From assembly GCA_951406725.2 (NCBI GenBank), contig OX597815.1, positions 72,292,001 to 72,356,000 of the forward strand: a stretch of DNA of 64,000 bases, read 5' to 3'. This document shows, one piece after another, positions 28,540 through 43,712 of the stretch; within the stretch, counting starts at the first letter, position 1; every line of letters starts with the position of its first letter. This stretch comes from Octopus vulgaris. Lineage: Eukaryota. The position numbers were made by a program, and so were the translations under genes. The notes beneath the pieces were generated by a model, which was not told where the DNA came from, did not search any database, and saw nothing but the letters and a program-made list of their open reading frames with translations.

Positions 28540-28931
28540 GGCGCAGGCATAGCTGTGTGGTAAGAAGCTTGCTTTCCAACCTCATGGTTTCGGGTTCAGT
28601 CCAACTGCGTGGCACCTTGGGCAAGTGTTTTCTACTATGACCTCAAGCCAATCAAAGCCTTGTGAGTGGATTAGGCAGACGGAAACTGAAAGAATCTATC
28701 GTATGTGTGTGTGTGTGTTTGTTGTGTTTGTATTTGTTCCCTCATCACCGCTTGACAACCGGAATTGGTGTGTTTACGTCCCCGTAACTTAGCGGTTCGG
28801 CAAAACCGGTAGAATAAGTACAAGACATAAAAAATATAAGCCCTTGGGTCGATCTATTCGACTAAGACCCTTCAAGGCAGTGCTCCAGCACGGCCACAGT
28901 CGAATGACTGAAACAAAAGAGTAAAAGAATA
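28540..28931 (+). mobile_element. SINE family A, full length
   Basis: Family A head, short internal (TG)n, body and tail. Confidence 0.92.
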
Positions 28932-29132
28932 AGGGCAACAGATTTGAGCGTTAAGTGTCACCGTGGAAGGCTTAATCTGTTTAATGCCATCGTTATCTGA
29001 TCTACTCCAGCTTTTATTTGTGGTCTGCTCTATATAAGGTTTCCAGTCCATAACTAACTTTCAGTCTCTAGACAAGGAAACTCTGCAAAAAGGTCATTCA
29101 TACCAGTGTTCTCTCTAAATTACGCGCGTACA

Positions 29133-29365
29133 TGAAAGAAGCCCGTCGTATGTGTGTGTGTGTGTGAGTGTATCCATCGCTTGAAAACCGATGCTGGTGT
29201 ATTTATGTCCTCGTAATTTAGCGGTTCGCAAAAGAGACCGATAGAATAAATACTAGATTTACAAAGAATACGTCCTGGGATCGATTTCTTCGACTAAAAC
29301 CCTTTAAGTCGGTGTTCCAGTATGACTGCAATCAAATGACTGAAACAAGTGAAATAATAAAGGAT
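29133..29365 (+). mobile_element. SINE family A, 3' part
   Basis: tgaaagaagcccgtcgta...gagaccgatagaataa...caaatgactgaaacaag. Confidence 0.88.
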
Positions 29366-29454
29366 ATAAGAATACTAAATTACTAAAGAGTCACAAAGAT
29401 CCAATTTTTACCAAATAAGAACAGAAAAAGGGTTTTCAAAATGAAATCAATTTC

Positions 29455-29661
29455 AATTTTTGATACAAGGCTAACAATTTGGAATAAGTGGTAAGTCGAT
29501 TACATTGACCCCCAGTACTCCGCTGGTATTTATTTTAGCGACTACGCAAGGATGAAAGACAATGTCGATCTCAGCGGATTTTGAACTCAAAACGTAAAGA
29601 TCGACAAAATGCCGCTAAACATTTTGCCAGGCGTGCTAACGATCCTGCCAGCTCGCCGCCC
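29455..29661 (-). mobile_element. SINE family B
   Basis: Family B match ending ctgccagctcgccgcc. Confidence 0.88.
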
Positions 29662-29859
29662 TGAAGTTAAAGAAAATTATTGAGCAATCTTAACTTTCAC
29701 GTGGATGCGCTCGTACCAAAGTGTCACAAAGGTCCTATTTTTACCACTTATTTGGTATCAGATATTTGTTGCTGAATTCATACTAAATTGAAAATACATA
29801 AACGTATTTTTGTCCAAATCCAGATTAGTTACCCACAAAATATAATTAGATCTAATATC

Positions 29860-30146
29860 CTTTATCTTTTACTTCTTTCATTCATTGAACTGCAGGCACG
29901 CTGGGGCATCGCCTTGAAGAGTTTAGTCGAACGAATCGACCCCAATACTTATTTTTAAGTCTGGTTCTTTTTCCGAAACGTTAAGGTCTCGTAAACAAAC
30001 CAACAAAGGTCATCAAGCAGTGGGATGGAGACAAAAACAAACACATACACATATAGAAATACACATAATATATACATATGCAACGGGATTCCGTACAGTA
30101 TCCGTCTACTAAAACCATTTACAAGGCATTGGTCAGCCTGAGACAC
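29860..30146 (-). mobile_element. SINE family A, diverged 3' part
   Basis: Matches the family A body (ttagtcgaacgaatcgaccc...ccgtctactaaa). Confidence 0.75.
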
Positions 30147-30148
30147 AA

Positions 30149-30218
<70 letters not shown>

Positions 30219-30219
30219 C

Positions 30220-30293
<74 letters not shown>

Positions 30294-31780
30294 TGTGTAT
30301 GAGTAAATATATATATATACACACACTCATACACACGCATATAAGAATGTTTATGTAACATCGATGATTTTGTCGGAATATGACTTAAAATAACTTACAA
30401 CGTATATACACACCTTGTTAGACAAGACAAAGCCATGTCCAGTCTTTATTTTCATAATGCTAACTGGAAATCAATTTCAAAGGAGATGCTGAAAGAAGAC
30501 TGACCAGGAAAATCTCTCTGTACAGGGCAATGACCAGTAACTTAATCTATGTTAATTATGCAAGCCGGATACATTAATGAAATCATCTAAGGAAAGGTTA
30601 TGACGAACAAACATATTATTCCCATATATGTATGAGAACTTTCCAAATATAAGGTATGTTTTCATGATGCGCAAAACAACGATCTCGAATCGCTTAAATA
30701 GTTTATCACAAAAAATGCAAGAAATAGATAATAGGACAATGCAAAAAATTGATAATAAAGCACTCTGATGATAAGGAGAGGTCTGAAAGCAAGGTTATGA
30801 AAAACATAGAAACAAAACCCGAAGGTTTTTAGAAATTTGCATGAGAGTCATCCATAGTACATCACAAAATTGACCTTTATTTCAAAGAGACAATTAGTCA
30901 ATAACAGATCTCATAACAATAATTGAAATATTGAATGAGCAATTCCAAAGTGTTCTCATCTCTATATTGAGACAGTCAAATAAGACGGGATAGTTCTTTA
31001 TTACAACAGTTTTCCACAAGGGGATGGAAACCATCGATTGGAGGAAAATGTAATATCAGGCATAGACAGACTTTTTCTATAAGTATTTCCATGGTCATTG
31101 TTCTCTCTTGAGCTTCCTGTTAGCCGTAAGTCTTTTTATTCTAATAGCTTCTTCCTCCAGCCTACTGCTCTCTGGAACTCAATATATCATCTTTTCTTTC
31201 TTCTGGTCTAAGATGTTCAGGCCTTTAAGTTTTCTTTCAATCGATATCTTTTGAATTTGTACGCCTTTTTCTTTTCCTTCTTTGTTTGTCCTTAGGCTGC
31301 TTCGGTCTCAAGCCTTGTTTGTAACAAAACCAATAAAAAGAAAAAAAGATTAAATATATTTAACGCCTGCAACGGGCCACGATGGATTCCTTGCAATACT
31401 CCTACGAAACCATATAAACAAGCTGAAGCAAAGCCACTCCAGCTTACGCTTTCAAAGATTCCTGACAAATGGAAAGTCCCCCAAAATGTTGAAGGAAGTT
31501 ATATGACTTATTCTTACATGTGGAAGCAGAGCAGATGCAAAAATTTACAGACCTATCGTTTTGACTTCACATATCAGCGAATTCAAAGAATAAATTATCA
31601 GAAGAAAGCTAATCAGGTTCATAGAAGAAATTGACTTGCTGACTAGCACTCAGCATTACTTTCGTACTCTTACACAGCACCAAAAAGGTTTGACTGGGTA
31701 CTGAGACGGTTCAATCATTCGTTTTATATAAATATAAGATTCAATTGAATTAGGTACTTAAATTGAGGCACCAAGCCAGT

Positions 31781-32119
31781 TGTTTCCTTATGTTATATTT
31801 GTGGCTGAATGAATTCAGAGAATAATACATATCTATTTAAGCCTACTATAAGGGAGTAGCAGAGGGAAATAGTAGGGATCAAGATATAGGAGTGGTGAGA
31901 TAGTTATTTTTTTGTACTTTATTGTAGACTGTAAGCTGCATAAAATCTTAGAAATAAACATAAAAATAAATAATTCTCACAAATCCTATATCTTGACCCC
32001 CCCCTATTTCCCTCTGTTACTCTCTAAATTATCGTAGGCTTAAGCAGATATTCATTATTCATTCTGAATTCATTTTATCACAAACATGAATTCATTCTGC
32101 CACATAACACAAGGAAACA
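31781..32119. repeat. Inverted repeat (arms 31781-31891 and 31984-32119) heading a hammerhead-bearing element
   Basis: tgtttcctt...agagggaaatag...tcaagatatagga versus tcctatatcttga...ctatttccctct...aaggaaaca. Confidence 0.85.
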
Positions 32120-32194
32120 TTGTAATTATTTTGGTTTCTAGTACTGACATATATTTGCTATAAATGCTTTATGTTGGAAATCTATATGATCATC

Positions 32195-32281
32195 TGCGTC
32201 TGAGGAGAGCGGTTCCTTTCAAATTGATGTAATGTTTTCCTTCATCGATTAAATGAAGCCGCTTGAAACGGCTGTAATGCA
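32195..32281 (+). ncRNA. Type I hammerhead ribozyme motif with extended stem II
   Basis: UGCGU-CUGAGGA-GAGCGG...CCGCUU-GAAA-CGGCUG-UA-AUGCA. Core intact and stems I-III present. Predicted cleavage after 32276. Confidence 0.78.
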
Positions 32282-32515
32282 TTGATACCTGGACATCTTT
32301 GTTACTTATTTATGTGTGCGTGTGTGTGTGTGTGTGTGTTTGTGATAGACTGCTGAGCACTGATGATTTGTTTATAGTGATCAAAAATTTGTGTTCACAT
32401 AAGCTCACTCCTTCCATCAACTCGACATTACCTGTACAGGTGTACAAGTGTGCCACACGTAAGATGTCGCAATTGTGAATGCAAGACCTTAACCACTTAG
32501 CCAAGTTCCTTGTAC

Positions 32516-32607
<92 letters not shown>

Positions 32608-32608
32608 G

Positions 32609-32647
<39 letters not shown>

Positions 32648-32657
32648 CTCTCTCTCC

Positions 32658-32691
<34 letters not shown>

Positions 32692-33205
32692 ATCGACCGT
32701 GCAAAGGCCTTCGGCAATAACGACCACGGAATGTTGAGTCGCTATAGGCGAAAACTTAGGAGAGTGGCTGCATGACTGTCCAACGATGCTTCCTAAAAGC
32801 AAAACACCGATTTTCAGTGGAGTAACACAAGGAATTGTCTTGGAGCCATATATGTTAGTCATGTCTCTACCGGACATAAACCCCAGTTATACAAACAACC
32901 AACTACTCTCACCAGCAATACTTGAAGATACTAAAATAATTCAGTGAGTAAAGAACACCGGTGATGCTGTAAATTTACAGCTGGACCTTAATATATAGTG
33001 GCTGATGGAAAAAGCATGAAATTTATTACTCGGAAATGTCAAGCTCTTCGCAACCAGTCCATAAACACTCTATAAACAGAATACATAGGATTCGGATGGG
33101 TTACACTCCCATACACACATGTATACATACATACATACATACATACATACACACATATGTATACATACATGCGTATACATACGTACACACATATATACAC
33201 ATATA

Positions 33206-33242
<37 letters not shown>

Positions 33243-33376
33243 TATATGTATATATACACATATATATATATATACATATATCTATACATGTATAGATACA
33301 TATATCCAAATACACATACATTTATGTATACATATATACATACATAATATATATACACACATAGACACACACACAC

Positions 33377-33407
<31 letters not shown>

Positions 33408-33669
33408 CAAACCCGTATATTCATATATTTGTGTATACATACACATAAAAATTATACAAATATGTACATATATACATATTATATGTGTATATATATATAT
33501 ATATACATACATATACAAACACATATACGCATATATATAGGTATATGCATATGTATATACCTGTTCGGAAGCACCATGGCTGGTTTGATGATAACAACAC
33601 CAATGTCCAGCTGTTAATCCAAGAAATACAGAACTCACACAAAGTGTGAATAAATGACAAGAACTCATC

Positions 33670-34330
33670 TACGAGGGTTGGCTGGAAAGTTCATAGGCTG
33701 ACCAAGATACTCTCATGGAATGTGACCAAATGAAGTTCATTTTTAACATAGTGTCCCTCCCCACACACACACACTTTGTCAATCAGTGTTGGAGTGTTTA
33801 GATCCCATTGGTGAAGAAGCTTTCATCCTGTTCTTCAAAAATGTTAACAGCAGTTAATCGCTGTGGTACTGGTTCCCAGCCAAATGTTTTTCAAGTTGGG
33901 GAACAGATGATAATCAGGAGAAAAGGGACAGTAATCAACCCAATTCAAAGCCAGTCACGTACAGCAACCGTGGAAACTAAGAACTTATGTACTGAAGCAT
34001 TTTCCCCTGTTATCAATGTTCCTGGGCGTTTGGTTTTGGAAGGTCTTTCGTAACTGCCTCGGCAAGTTGGCATGGTACTCTCTATCAATGGTGTGGCTCT
34101 TTCGAATAAATATAATAACTTCAATAAACACAATGCCTTTTTGCATCCCAAAAATCATGGCCATCATCTTCCCTGCAGATCAACCAACGTTAGGCTTCTT
34201 TAGAGCAGGTAAGGAGAGATGTTTCCACTGTATGGTTTCTCTCTTTGTCTCTGGTTTTGAGTGAGAAAGTTAACTGTCATTCTGGGTTAGGAAACGTTCA
34301 AGGAAGCCAGCCGGATCTGCCTTAAATAAT
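33670..34330 (-). mobile_element. Mariner (Tc1/mariner) relic with one TIR
   Basis: TA followed by a cgagggttggctggaaagttc terminus. Frameshifted 'MAMIF..KGIVFI...TIDREYHANLPRQLRK...KTKRPG' matches mariner transposase. Confidence 0.8.
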
Positions 34331-34913
34331 GTCAGATTTTAACGTAATGTGCTCTTGAATAGTTGTCAGAAAACATTTCGTGTTCCAACCCAAAGTGGAA
34401 ACGAATACAATTCCCTCACCCCCTGTGAACGGCTTAAAATTTGCTAAGATATTAAAATATTTTCTTAACATGAAACCAATGGTGGTCTTAAAAGAAAAGT
34501 ATATATATGCATACATACATATATATATATGAGAGAGAGAGAGGGGGGAGAGAGATTGAGACAGAGACAGATTGAGACAGAGATAGAAAGACAGACAAAC
34601 AGAGAAAGAGTGAGAGAGAGGGAGAGAGAGATAAAATTGCAAATGAACAAATGAGACTGTTTGAGTTAGATATATAAAATATACGTACAAGTATACATGT
34701 AAATAGACAGAAAGTAAATTTACAAACGATGAATATTCAAGTGCAAATATATTCAAGTATAAATATCTATATATCCCTATATAGATATTTATGTATTAAC
34801 AGAGCATATCTGCTCACCTGGATTCCTCTTACAGTAACTCTTTACCCCGCGCACGTAGTCCTCGGTAAAGATAGCGGAGTATAATTTCAAACCATTTCAG
34901 CGCTGGATCTCAC

Positions 34914-34948
<35 letters not shown>

Positions 34949-35078
34949 AGAATATGAATAGAGATGTTGCACTGCTTGTCCTATTCGCTGGTTGATAGTG
35001 AAAAATCACTGGTATTCCTGAGCACATTGTTAGAGTGCTACTGAGTTAATTTCCAGGATGGTTTAGATTCCACTGCTT

Positions 35079-35149
<71 letters not shown>

Positions 35150-35189
35150 CCCTCAAGGACTAACTTATATTTTGCATTTGCGGCTCCTG

Positions 35190-35910
35190 CTCTTGACAAA
35201 CACGCACGATTGCAAAAATTGCTAACCAAGTTTTCCCCATTTACTACAGTATCAGTACGCTTTCGAGCAGCACGCTTAAATTCTTCATGCAGAATTTGTG
35301 CTCTCTCAAAGGTGTCGACCCTCTGCTTAACCTGCTTCTTCCATTTGTGGTAATGACATACATTGTTCTCCTAGTCAGTCTCCTGCATATCACAGGTCTT
35401 TAATGGAGGACTTGACACAGTCCTTAAATCGCAGCCTTGGTGTCTGCCTGGGTCTCTTTCTAGTTCCCCATATAGCATCTGTTTAGGGATCCTGCTATCC
35501 TTCATTCTAATAAGATGTCCAGTCCAACGTAACCGGTGTTTGTGCACCATCGCCTCGATACTCAAGATATCAGCTTTCCTCGTGACCTGTGTGTCTGGAG
35601 CTTTTAAGGTCTAGCCAACATTCAGAATGTGTCTCAGACATCTCTGATGAAAGCGTTCAGGGACACTTACATGACGTTTGTAAAGGGTCCATGTCTCACA
35701 TGAGTAAAGTAGGATGTCAGTACACATGTACGGTACACAGCAACTTTTGTTTGCCTTGTGATACCATGCTGGGATCAGACACGAGACTGAAGAGACCTGA
35801 AGGAATCAGTTACTCTCTGCAGCCTGAAGAATATTTCATCATCCAGGGAGCAAGAACGGCTGGATGGTAGACATGCTTGTCTACCACTTTCAGTATTGTT
35901 CCTTCAACCA
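35190..35910 (-). mobile_element. RTE LINE 3' fragment
   Basis: 'SIEAMVHKHRLRWTGHLIRMKDSRIPKQMLYGELE' is a typical RTE ORF2 C-terminus, broken by frameshifts. Confidence 0.88.
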
Positions 35911-36010
35911 AACCGCTTCAGGTCTGCATGGTTCGCCACTTTCCCATCACTGAGGACTACCGGATAAAAATAAAATAAATATATTTTTTATTAATAAGAT
36001 AAATATATAC

Positions 36011-36055
<45 letters not shown>

Positions 36056-36079
36056 TGAAAATAAAATAAATATATATAA

Positions 36080-36610
36080 GGGGGAAAAAAGCAGCACATA
36101 TCGAACAGAGGTCAGCAATGCCTGTGTAGAGTTTTAGGTCTAATAAGGCTTGCATCACACCTGAGAGAACCTCTCCACTCTATTGATATTATCCAGAGAC
36201 AATCCGGAGCGAGATGTCCGATGCCAATATGAGTCGCAGGCTCAGGAATTTGAGGCGGCATGATCTCTAGCACAAACTAAAAACCCCCAAAATATCCACT
36301 GACATTCCCTGCACATCTGGTTTTATATCAGAATGACCTTTCCCTAGAGACATGCTTCAATAGAAGCTGAGGGGTACCTTACTCCCAATGATCTTCTAGC
36401 ACGTCGGACACCATCCCGGAATTTCTGCGTACCCGTGCTATTGCTAGACAGCCGTTGAGCCTGTGCAAGGTTCATCCGACCTTTCAACAAGTCTTGTTTT
36501 TAATCTCACCAGGGTGGGGGTGCCGGTTTAATCGCCGACAACCCGACTATGCAACAGGTTGTACTAGATTCCATGTCACCAGCAGCACTTGTGAGAGCCT
36601 CATTAGTGAC
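36080..36610 (-). mobile_element. Probable RTE-like LINE 5' UTR with decayed HDV-like ribozyme (36476-36599)
   Basis: Contains ctctagggaaaggtcattctgatataaaacc, resembling recalled RTE 5' UTR sequence. Nested double-pseudoknot pattern at the 5' end. Same strand as, and upstream of, the RTE body. Confidence 0.5.
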
Positions 36611-37032
36611 CTGATATACATATATATATATACATACATACATATACACACACACATGTGCACACATACATTAATATAGATCCACATATATGTCCACACG
36701 CCTGAATAATGTTTGTGTTTCTTTCACCCTATATGTTTATTTATGCTTGAATGAACCGCATCATACACTAATCTTCAAGTTTGTGTTCATATTCGTTGTT
36801 ACTAGACAGATGGATGTTCTATACGTCTATACATACACTGCACACACATTTGTGTATGTGCGTATGTATGTATACGTACATTTCATATACTCATACATGC
36901 ATGGAGACATGCACATACACACATCAGTATACATACCTAAAAATACACCTATTTGTACGTGCGTATATAATCATAAGAACGTATGATGCTATATATATAT
37001 ATACAAATAAATATATATATATATTTGTATGA

Positions 37033-37063
<31 letters not shown>

Positions 37064-37108
37064 CAAATAAATATATATACATGTATGTATATATATACAT
37101 ATATATAC

Positions 37109-37145
<37 letters not shown>

Positions 37146-37153
37146 ACATATAT

Positions 37154-37196
<43 letters not shown>

Positions 37197-37212
37197 CATG
37201 TATATATTTATT

Positions 37213-37252
<40 letters not shown>

Positions 37253-37268
37253 CATGTATATATTTATT

Positions 37269-37303
<35 letters not shown>

Positions 37304-37340
37304 ATATATATATATATATTTATGTATATATATTTGTATG

Positions 37341-37376
<36 letters not shown>

Positions 37377-37688
37377 TGTGTATTTGCAGTTATGTACACG
37401 CCTGTCAGTACGATTGTATACATTGCAAAGCAGGAAAACAGTGGTGTATTTATCTGCGCATGTACTTCAAAGTGATTATATAAGATGTCGGTTTTAATTA
37501 ATATTTATTTCGATATTTGCAACAGGATAATATGACAGCCGTTTCATTCTTGCGACAAGATCTTTGCTCGTTTGATCCCAGGAAACAATTAACCACTTCA
37601 ATCAACAGCTGACCTTTCTTTCATTTTCCTCTCTTGTTTATCTTGCATTTGTGCGCGTTTGCTTATATATATATATATATATGTGTGT

Positions 37689-37719
<31 letters not shown>

Positions 37720-38364
37720 AGGTTAACATGTTCCCACGCTTGAAGCAATGAACTAGTTTTATAAAAGTCGAATTAATCATTGAGAATATGCTTTTGAACT
37801 GCTTGTCTTAACGGACTTCGTTATTACGTGTGAAAACGCCAATCAGTGATTTTCATTATTAGAAAACCTGTCACGTATGTATACATATGCAATATGCTGA
37901 TATATATATATATGGCCGTGTGTATGTGTGAGCAGGGGTGCTTCCGTGCGTGTGTACAGTGATGGAAAATGTCCCTTAGGCATTTGCATAAATGGGTTAA
38001 CGGCTGAGGTCCATTCAGCTTTACAACGCACGCCTCATCTATTGCTTTTTGTCCCTATTTCCCACTGTTCACCACTTGACGGGCCTTCATCCACCACTCC
38101 ATTGCATTCGTTACGCACTGCTTCGACGCCATTCACTGCTACGGCTCAGGGGTTTCAGGTTAGCGGGCTTACTGCTCTACCGTCCATGCTGCCAACCACC
38201 CAAACCACACAGATCATTTGAACTATTTATGGCCAAATAATTGGCCTGAATTACAATAATATAGTGCCAAATTTGTAACAACTAATAATTTCACATTTTC
38301 AAGATATTTGTTCTCTCTCTCCCTCTCCCCTCTCTCCTTCTCTCTCTCTCTCTCTTTTCCTATA

Positions 38365-39711
38365 TCTACTACATATGTGAAAAGTCAGTGTGGGTTTGTT
38401 TGTGGCGTTGTTAGATAACTCCTCCTACATCGTTTTGGTGATTTTGGTGGAACTTGACACGTGAGTAGGACTCATGTCTGGAAACTTCGTGACATACTTA
38501 GATTGTTGAAAAAATCAATAATACGGCCCCTGGAAGGGACCTTTATATCTACCACATATAAGTAATTTTTAAAAAATACTCATGGGAAATAACCCATAGC
38601 ACCTGCACAATATTTTTTAAACACTCAAGGGAAATAACCCATTTTATTGTTTATGTTCGATTACTTTGAATATTGATATTTTGTGTGTCCAATTTCTAAT
38701 TTTTGCCAACAATATCACCATATTTGACACGTGAGTAGTCAAATACTGGAAACCTCGTGACATACTTAGATTGTTGAAAAAAGCACGATAATAGGGCCCC
38801 TCTAATGGATCCTTCTATCTACTACATATTACTAATATTTTATTTAAATAACTCAAGGGAAATAACCCATAGCACCTGCAGTTTTTAGCGAAGCGATCAA
38901 TATTGATTCTCACGATCAGCCGATCTAATTCTGCATTTCACTACTCACAGTTTTGAACGGCTAAACATTATTATTGCACTTCCTTAATTTGAATCTTAAA
39001 CCTTAAAAACTTCATTCATACGTTCATACATTTCAATACATACACACTGTTTTGAATGCCATTACATTTTTACAGTTACACTTTTTCAATGACAGTAGAT
39101 GAATTTTTTATTCCACAACGTATTTCTAGTGGCTTCATGCAGGTATAGCGTGGATTCGATCCTCGATTGCCAAAATTCACTTAACACTTCAACAGCGCTT
39201 TTCTCATGGTAAAACAATAGTTTTTCTGTGAATGACAGCAGTTATGCATTTCCCAGATGCCTTCGCTAAGCAGAATAATATCTTTGCCACTTGACCCTTC
39301 TAATCTCTTCTAGGCCACCACTGACTGGAATGGAGACAACAGACCTCCAACAAAATCATTTGTTTTCAACAATATGTCTATCTTTCTGGCTGCTTTTCGA
39401 TAGTTATAAAAACAAGAACTCCGTAAGCTAAAGGTAGTTACTGAGAGCCACCATCAGTGAGTGTGAACGTCATTATTGCACTTTCTTCAAACACTTTATA
39501 TATTTATATAACCTCTCTACCAACCTCCGACAATCTTTCTCGCCAACCTCCAACAATCTCTCCCGCCTCCAGCTGACAGTTTTTTGTACTTTTCATGACG
39601 GAAAATACACCTTTTGTGGCATTTATAACGAAATTGCTTTCATATATCAGAGTAATCAGGCATTTCAATAGAACACCTTTACCCCCGGGAATTACCGGGT
39701 ACACCAGCTAG
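38365..39711 (+). mobile_element. Non-autonomous Helitron
   Basis: 5' A|TC (tctactacatat...), subterminal hairpin cccgg-gaatta-ccggg (39684-39699), 3' CTAG|T, and an internal ~270-bp-period duplication (38455 and 38724). Confidence 0.82.
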
Positions 39712-39913
39712 TATACATATATATCTAAACGTATAAATTTGACATGGGCGATTCTGTCTTGTCTTGGGATTCACGGTCAAATGGCTCGGTGGAATTGCGC
39801 GAAAAATTACACAGATGTGTAGAATGATCCGGTTAGTGATGCTGGGCTTTGTATTTTTTTCATAGCTCCCATGGTTACCAAGATAATCTACTATGATAAT
39901 ACTCTTGTATACA

Positions 39914-39973
<60 letters not shown>

Positions 39974-40239
39974 CACACACTATAATTAAGATTCCGATGA
40001 ATAAGGAACTTAAATTGAGGCACCTTGCTAGGTCGGCACACCCAAACAATATTAATTGAACATTGAATATCAAGACTCAGTGCAGGGGTGTTTGTAACTG
40101 ATATTCCTGTCGTGTGTGCAGACAACGCAATCCAGCTAAGTGAAGATATCTGCTCTTGGTAATTCAGACATGTACTTTTTATAAAGGTACTTTCTATAGT
40201 ATTTCCGAAGTGCAGATTCCAAGTCAGCTGAATAAAATA

Positions 40240-40500
40240 TAAATGAGCAACAAAGATGTACAGTTGTCAATTCATAACGGCTGTTTCAAGCGACTCCTGC
40301 CACAGATATGACAAAAGAAACAATGTAAATATTTTTGTTCCATTATTGTTGTGAATATGTTAAAGAAATGGTTGTATTCTTCAAGTTTGAAGTCAATGCG
40401 TTTTTTTTTCAAATGAGGTAATGTTTTCATTAATCAATTAAAGGAGTCGCTTGAAATAGCCGTAATGAATTGACACTTGTATATCTTTGTTACTCATTTA
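40240..40500. repeat. Inverted repeat with 59-bp arms, same family as the 32.1-32.3 kb hammerhead element
   Basis: 40240-40298 is the reverse complement of 40442-40500. 'gcttgaaatagccgtaatgaattgac' aligns to 'gcttgaaacggctgtaatgcattgat' at 32261. Confidence 0.9.
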
Positions 40501-40539
40501 AATATATATATGTATATATATATATGTATATATATATGT

Positions 40540-40608
<69 letters not shown>

Positions 40609-40787
40609 GCGGTTTGAGTGTGTATATATATACACTCAAAATAACCAATAAGAATATCTTCTACCAAATTACCGAAGATATTCTTGTTGCTTATTTTGAT
40701 TATAATCACCCCATGGATTTATATGGATAACACCATACAAAATTCTGGTGCATCTAGCTTAAGTACCATATTCATTTGAATCTATAA

Positions 40788-42825
<2,038 letters not shown>

Positions 42826-42913
42826 AATTCCAGGGTAGCAAAAGCAATTTAGAAAATGTCTTTGCTACCAGTGGTCTAGCGAAGAGAAAAAAACACTAGT
42901 CAATAGACTATTC

Positions 42914-43334
42914 ATATAAAATACAGTGTACATTTAAACACATAAGAGATGGCCATAACAGGACATCTGACTCGCTAGAAGGAGTAGTTAAACTCCAAAC
43001 CACTATTAGGGGTAATTCGAAAGGGAATGAAAAATAAAAAATATTTACTCTCTATTTCCTGTACCATGGTTTCAAGCAATCTTCAGCAAATAAAATAATT
43101 TACTAGGCGAAGCTTGGCTTTCCTGCTGATGTGAACTTCGCCTATTAAATAATTTTATTTGCTGAAAATTGCTTGAAACCATGGTATAGGAAATAGAGGT
43201 TAAATGTTTATATTTTTCATTCCCTTTCGAAATTACCCCTAATAGTGGTTTGGTGTTTAACTACTCTTTCTAGCGAGTCAGATGTCCTGTTATGGCCATC
43301 TCTTTAGTGTTTATATGAGCATTATATTTATATA
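42914..43334. repeat. ~420-bp foldback with ~20-nt loop
   Basis: gagatggccataacaggacatctgactcgctagaa / ttctagcgagtcagatgtcctgttatggccatctc and onward. The arms meet near 43112-43135. Confidence 0.95.
43119..43193 (+). ncRNA. Type I hammerhead ribozyme motif (A9 variant) spanning the loop and right arm of the foldback
   Basis: UUUCCUG-CUGAUGU-GAAC...GCUU-GAAA-CCAUGG-UA-UAGGAAA. 7-bp stem I and palindromic stem III ACCAUGGU. The left-arm copy has the perfect stem I partner CAGGAAA. Confidence 0.72.
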
Positions 43335-43648
43335 TATATATAAAGAAGGTAGTCAGGATTTGGCAATATATTATTTATCTATATCATTATATATTATAAT
43401 AGGATATTAATTATATAATATAGTGTGTATGTGCACGCGCTTGCGTATGTGTGTAAAAGGAAGACAAATGAGATTTAAAGTTTGCTACAGCTGCTTCGGT
43501 AGCATTGTTTGATGCATTCATAGATTACATCATAGCATAAATCTAGCGACTTTAGATAAAACATGTATTAACAGGAAAAATAAACCTTGACGATGACCTA
43601 TCCAACAACCAGCATGATGAACAAGCATTTGTTCATCATGTTGATTGC

Positions 43649-43708
<60 letters not shown>

Positions 43709-43712
<4 letters not shown>

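Larger units (their letters stand above)
30560..33050 (+). mobile_element. Decayed CR1/L2-like LINE ORF2, interrupted at ~31715-32690
   Basis: 'AKIYRPIVLTSHIS...LLTSTQHYFR' before the gap. 'IDRAKAFGNNDHGML' and 'SGVTQGIVLEP' follow it in RT domain order. Confidence 0.75.

Noticed and set aside
30765-30790. ctgatga...gaaa spacing
   Set aside because: No stems can form and it lies inside LINE coding sequence.
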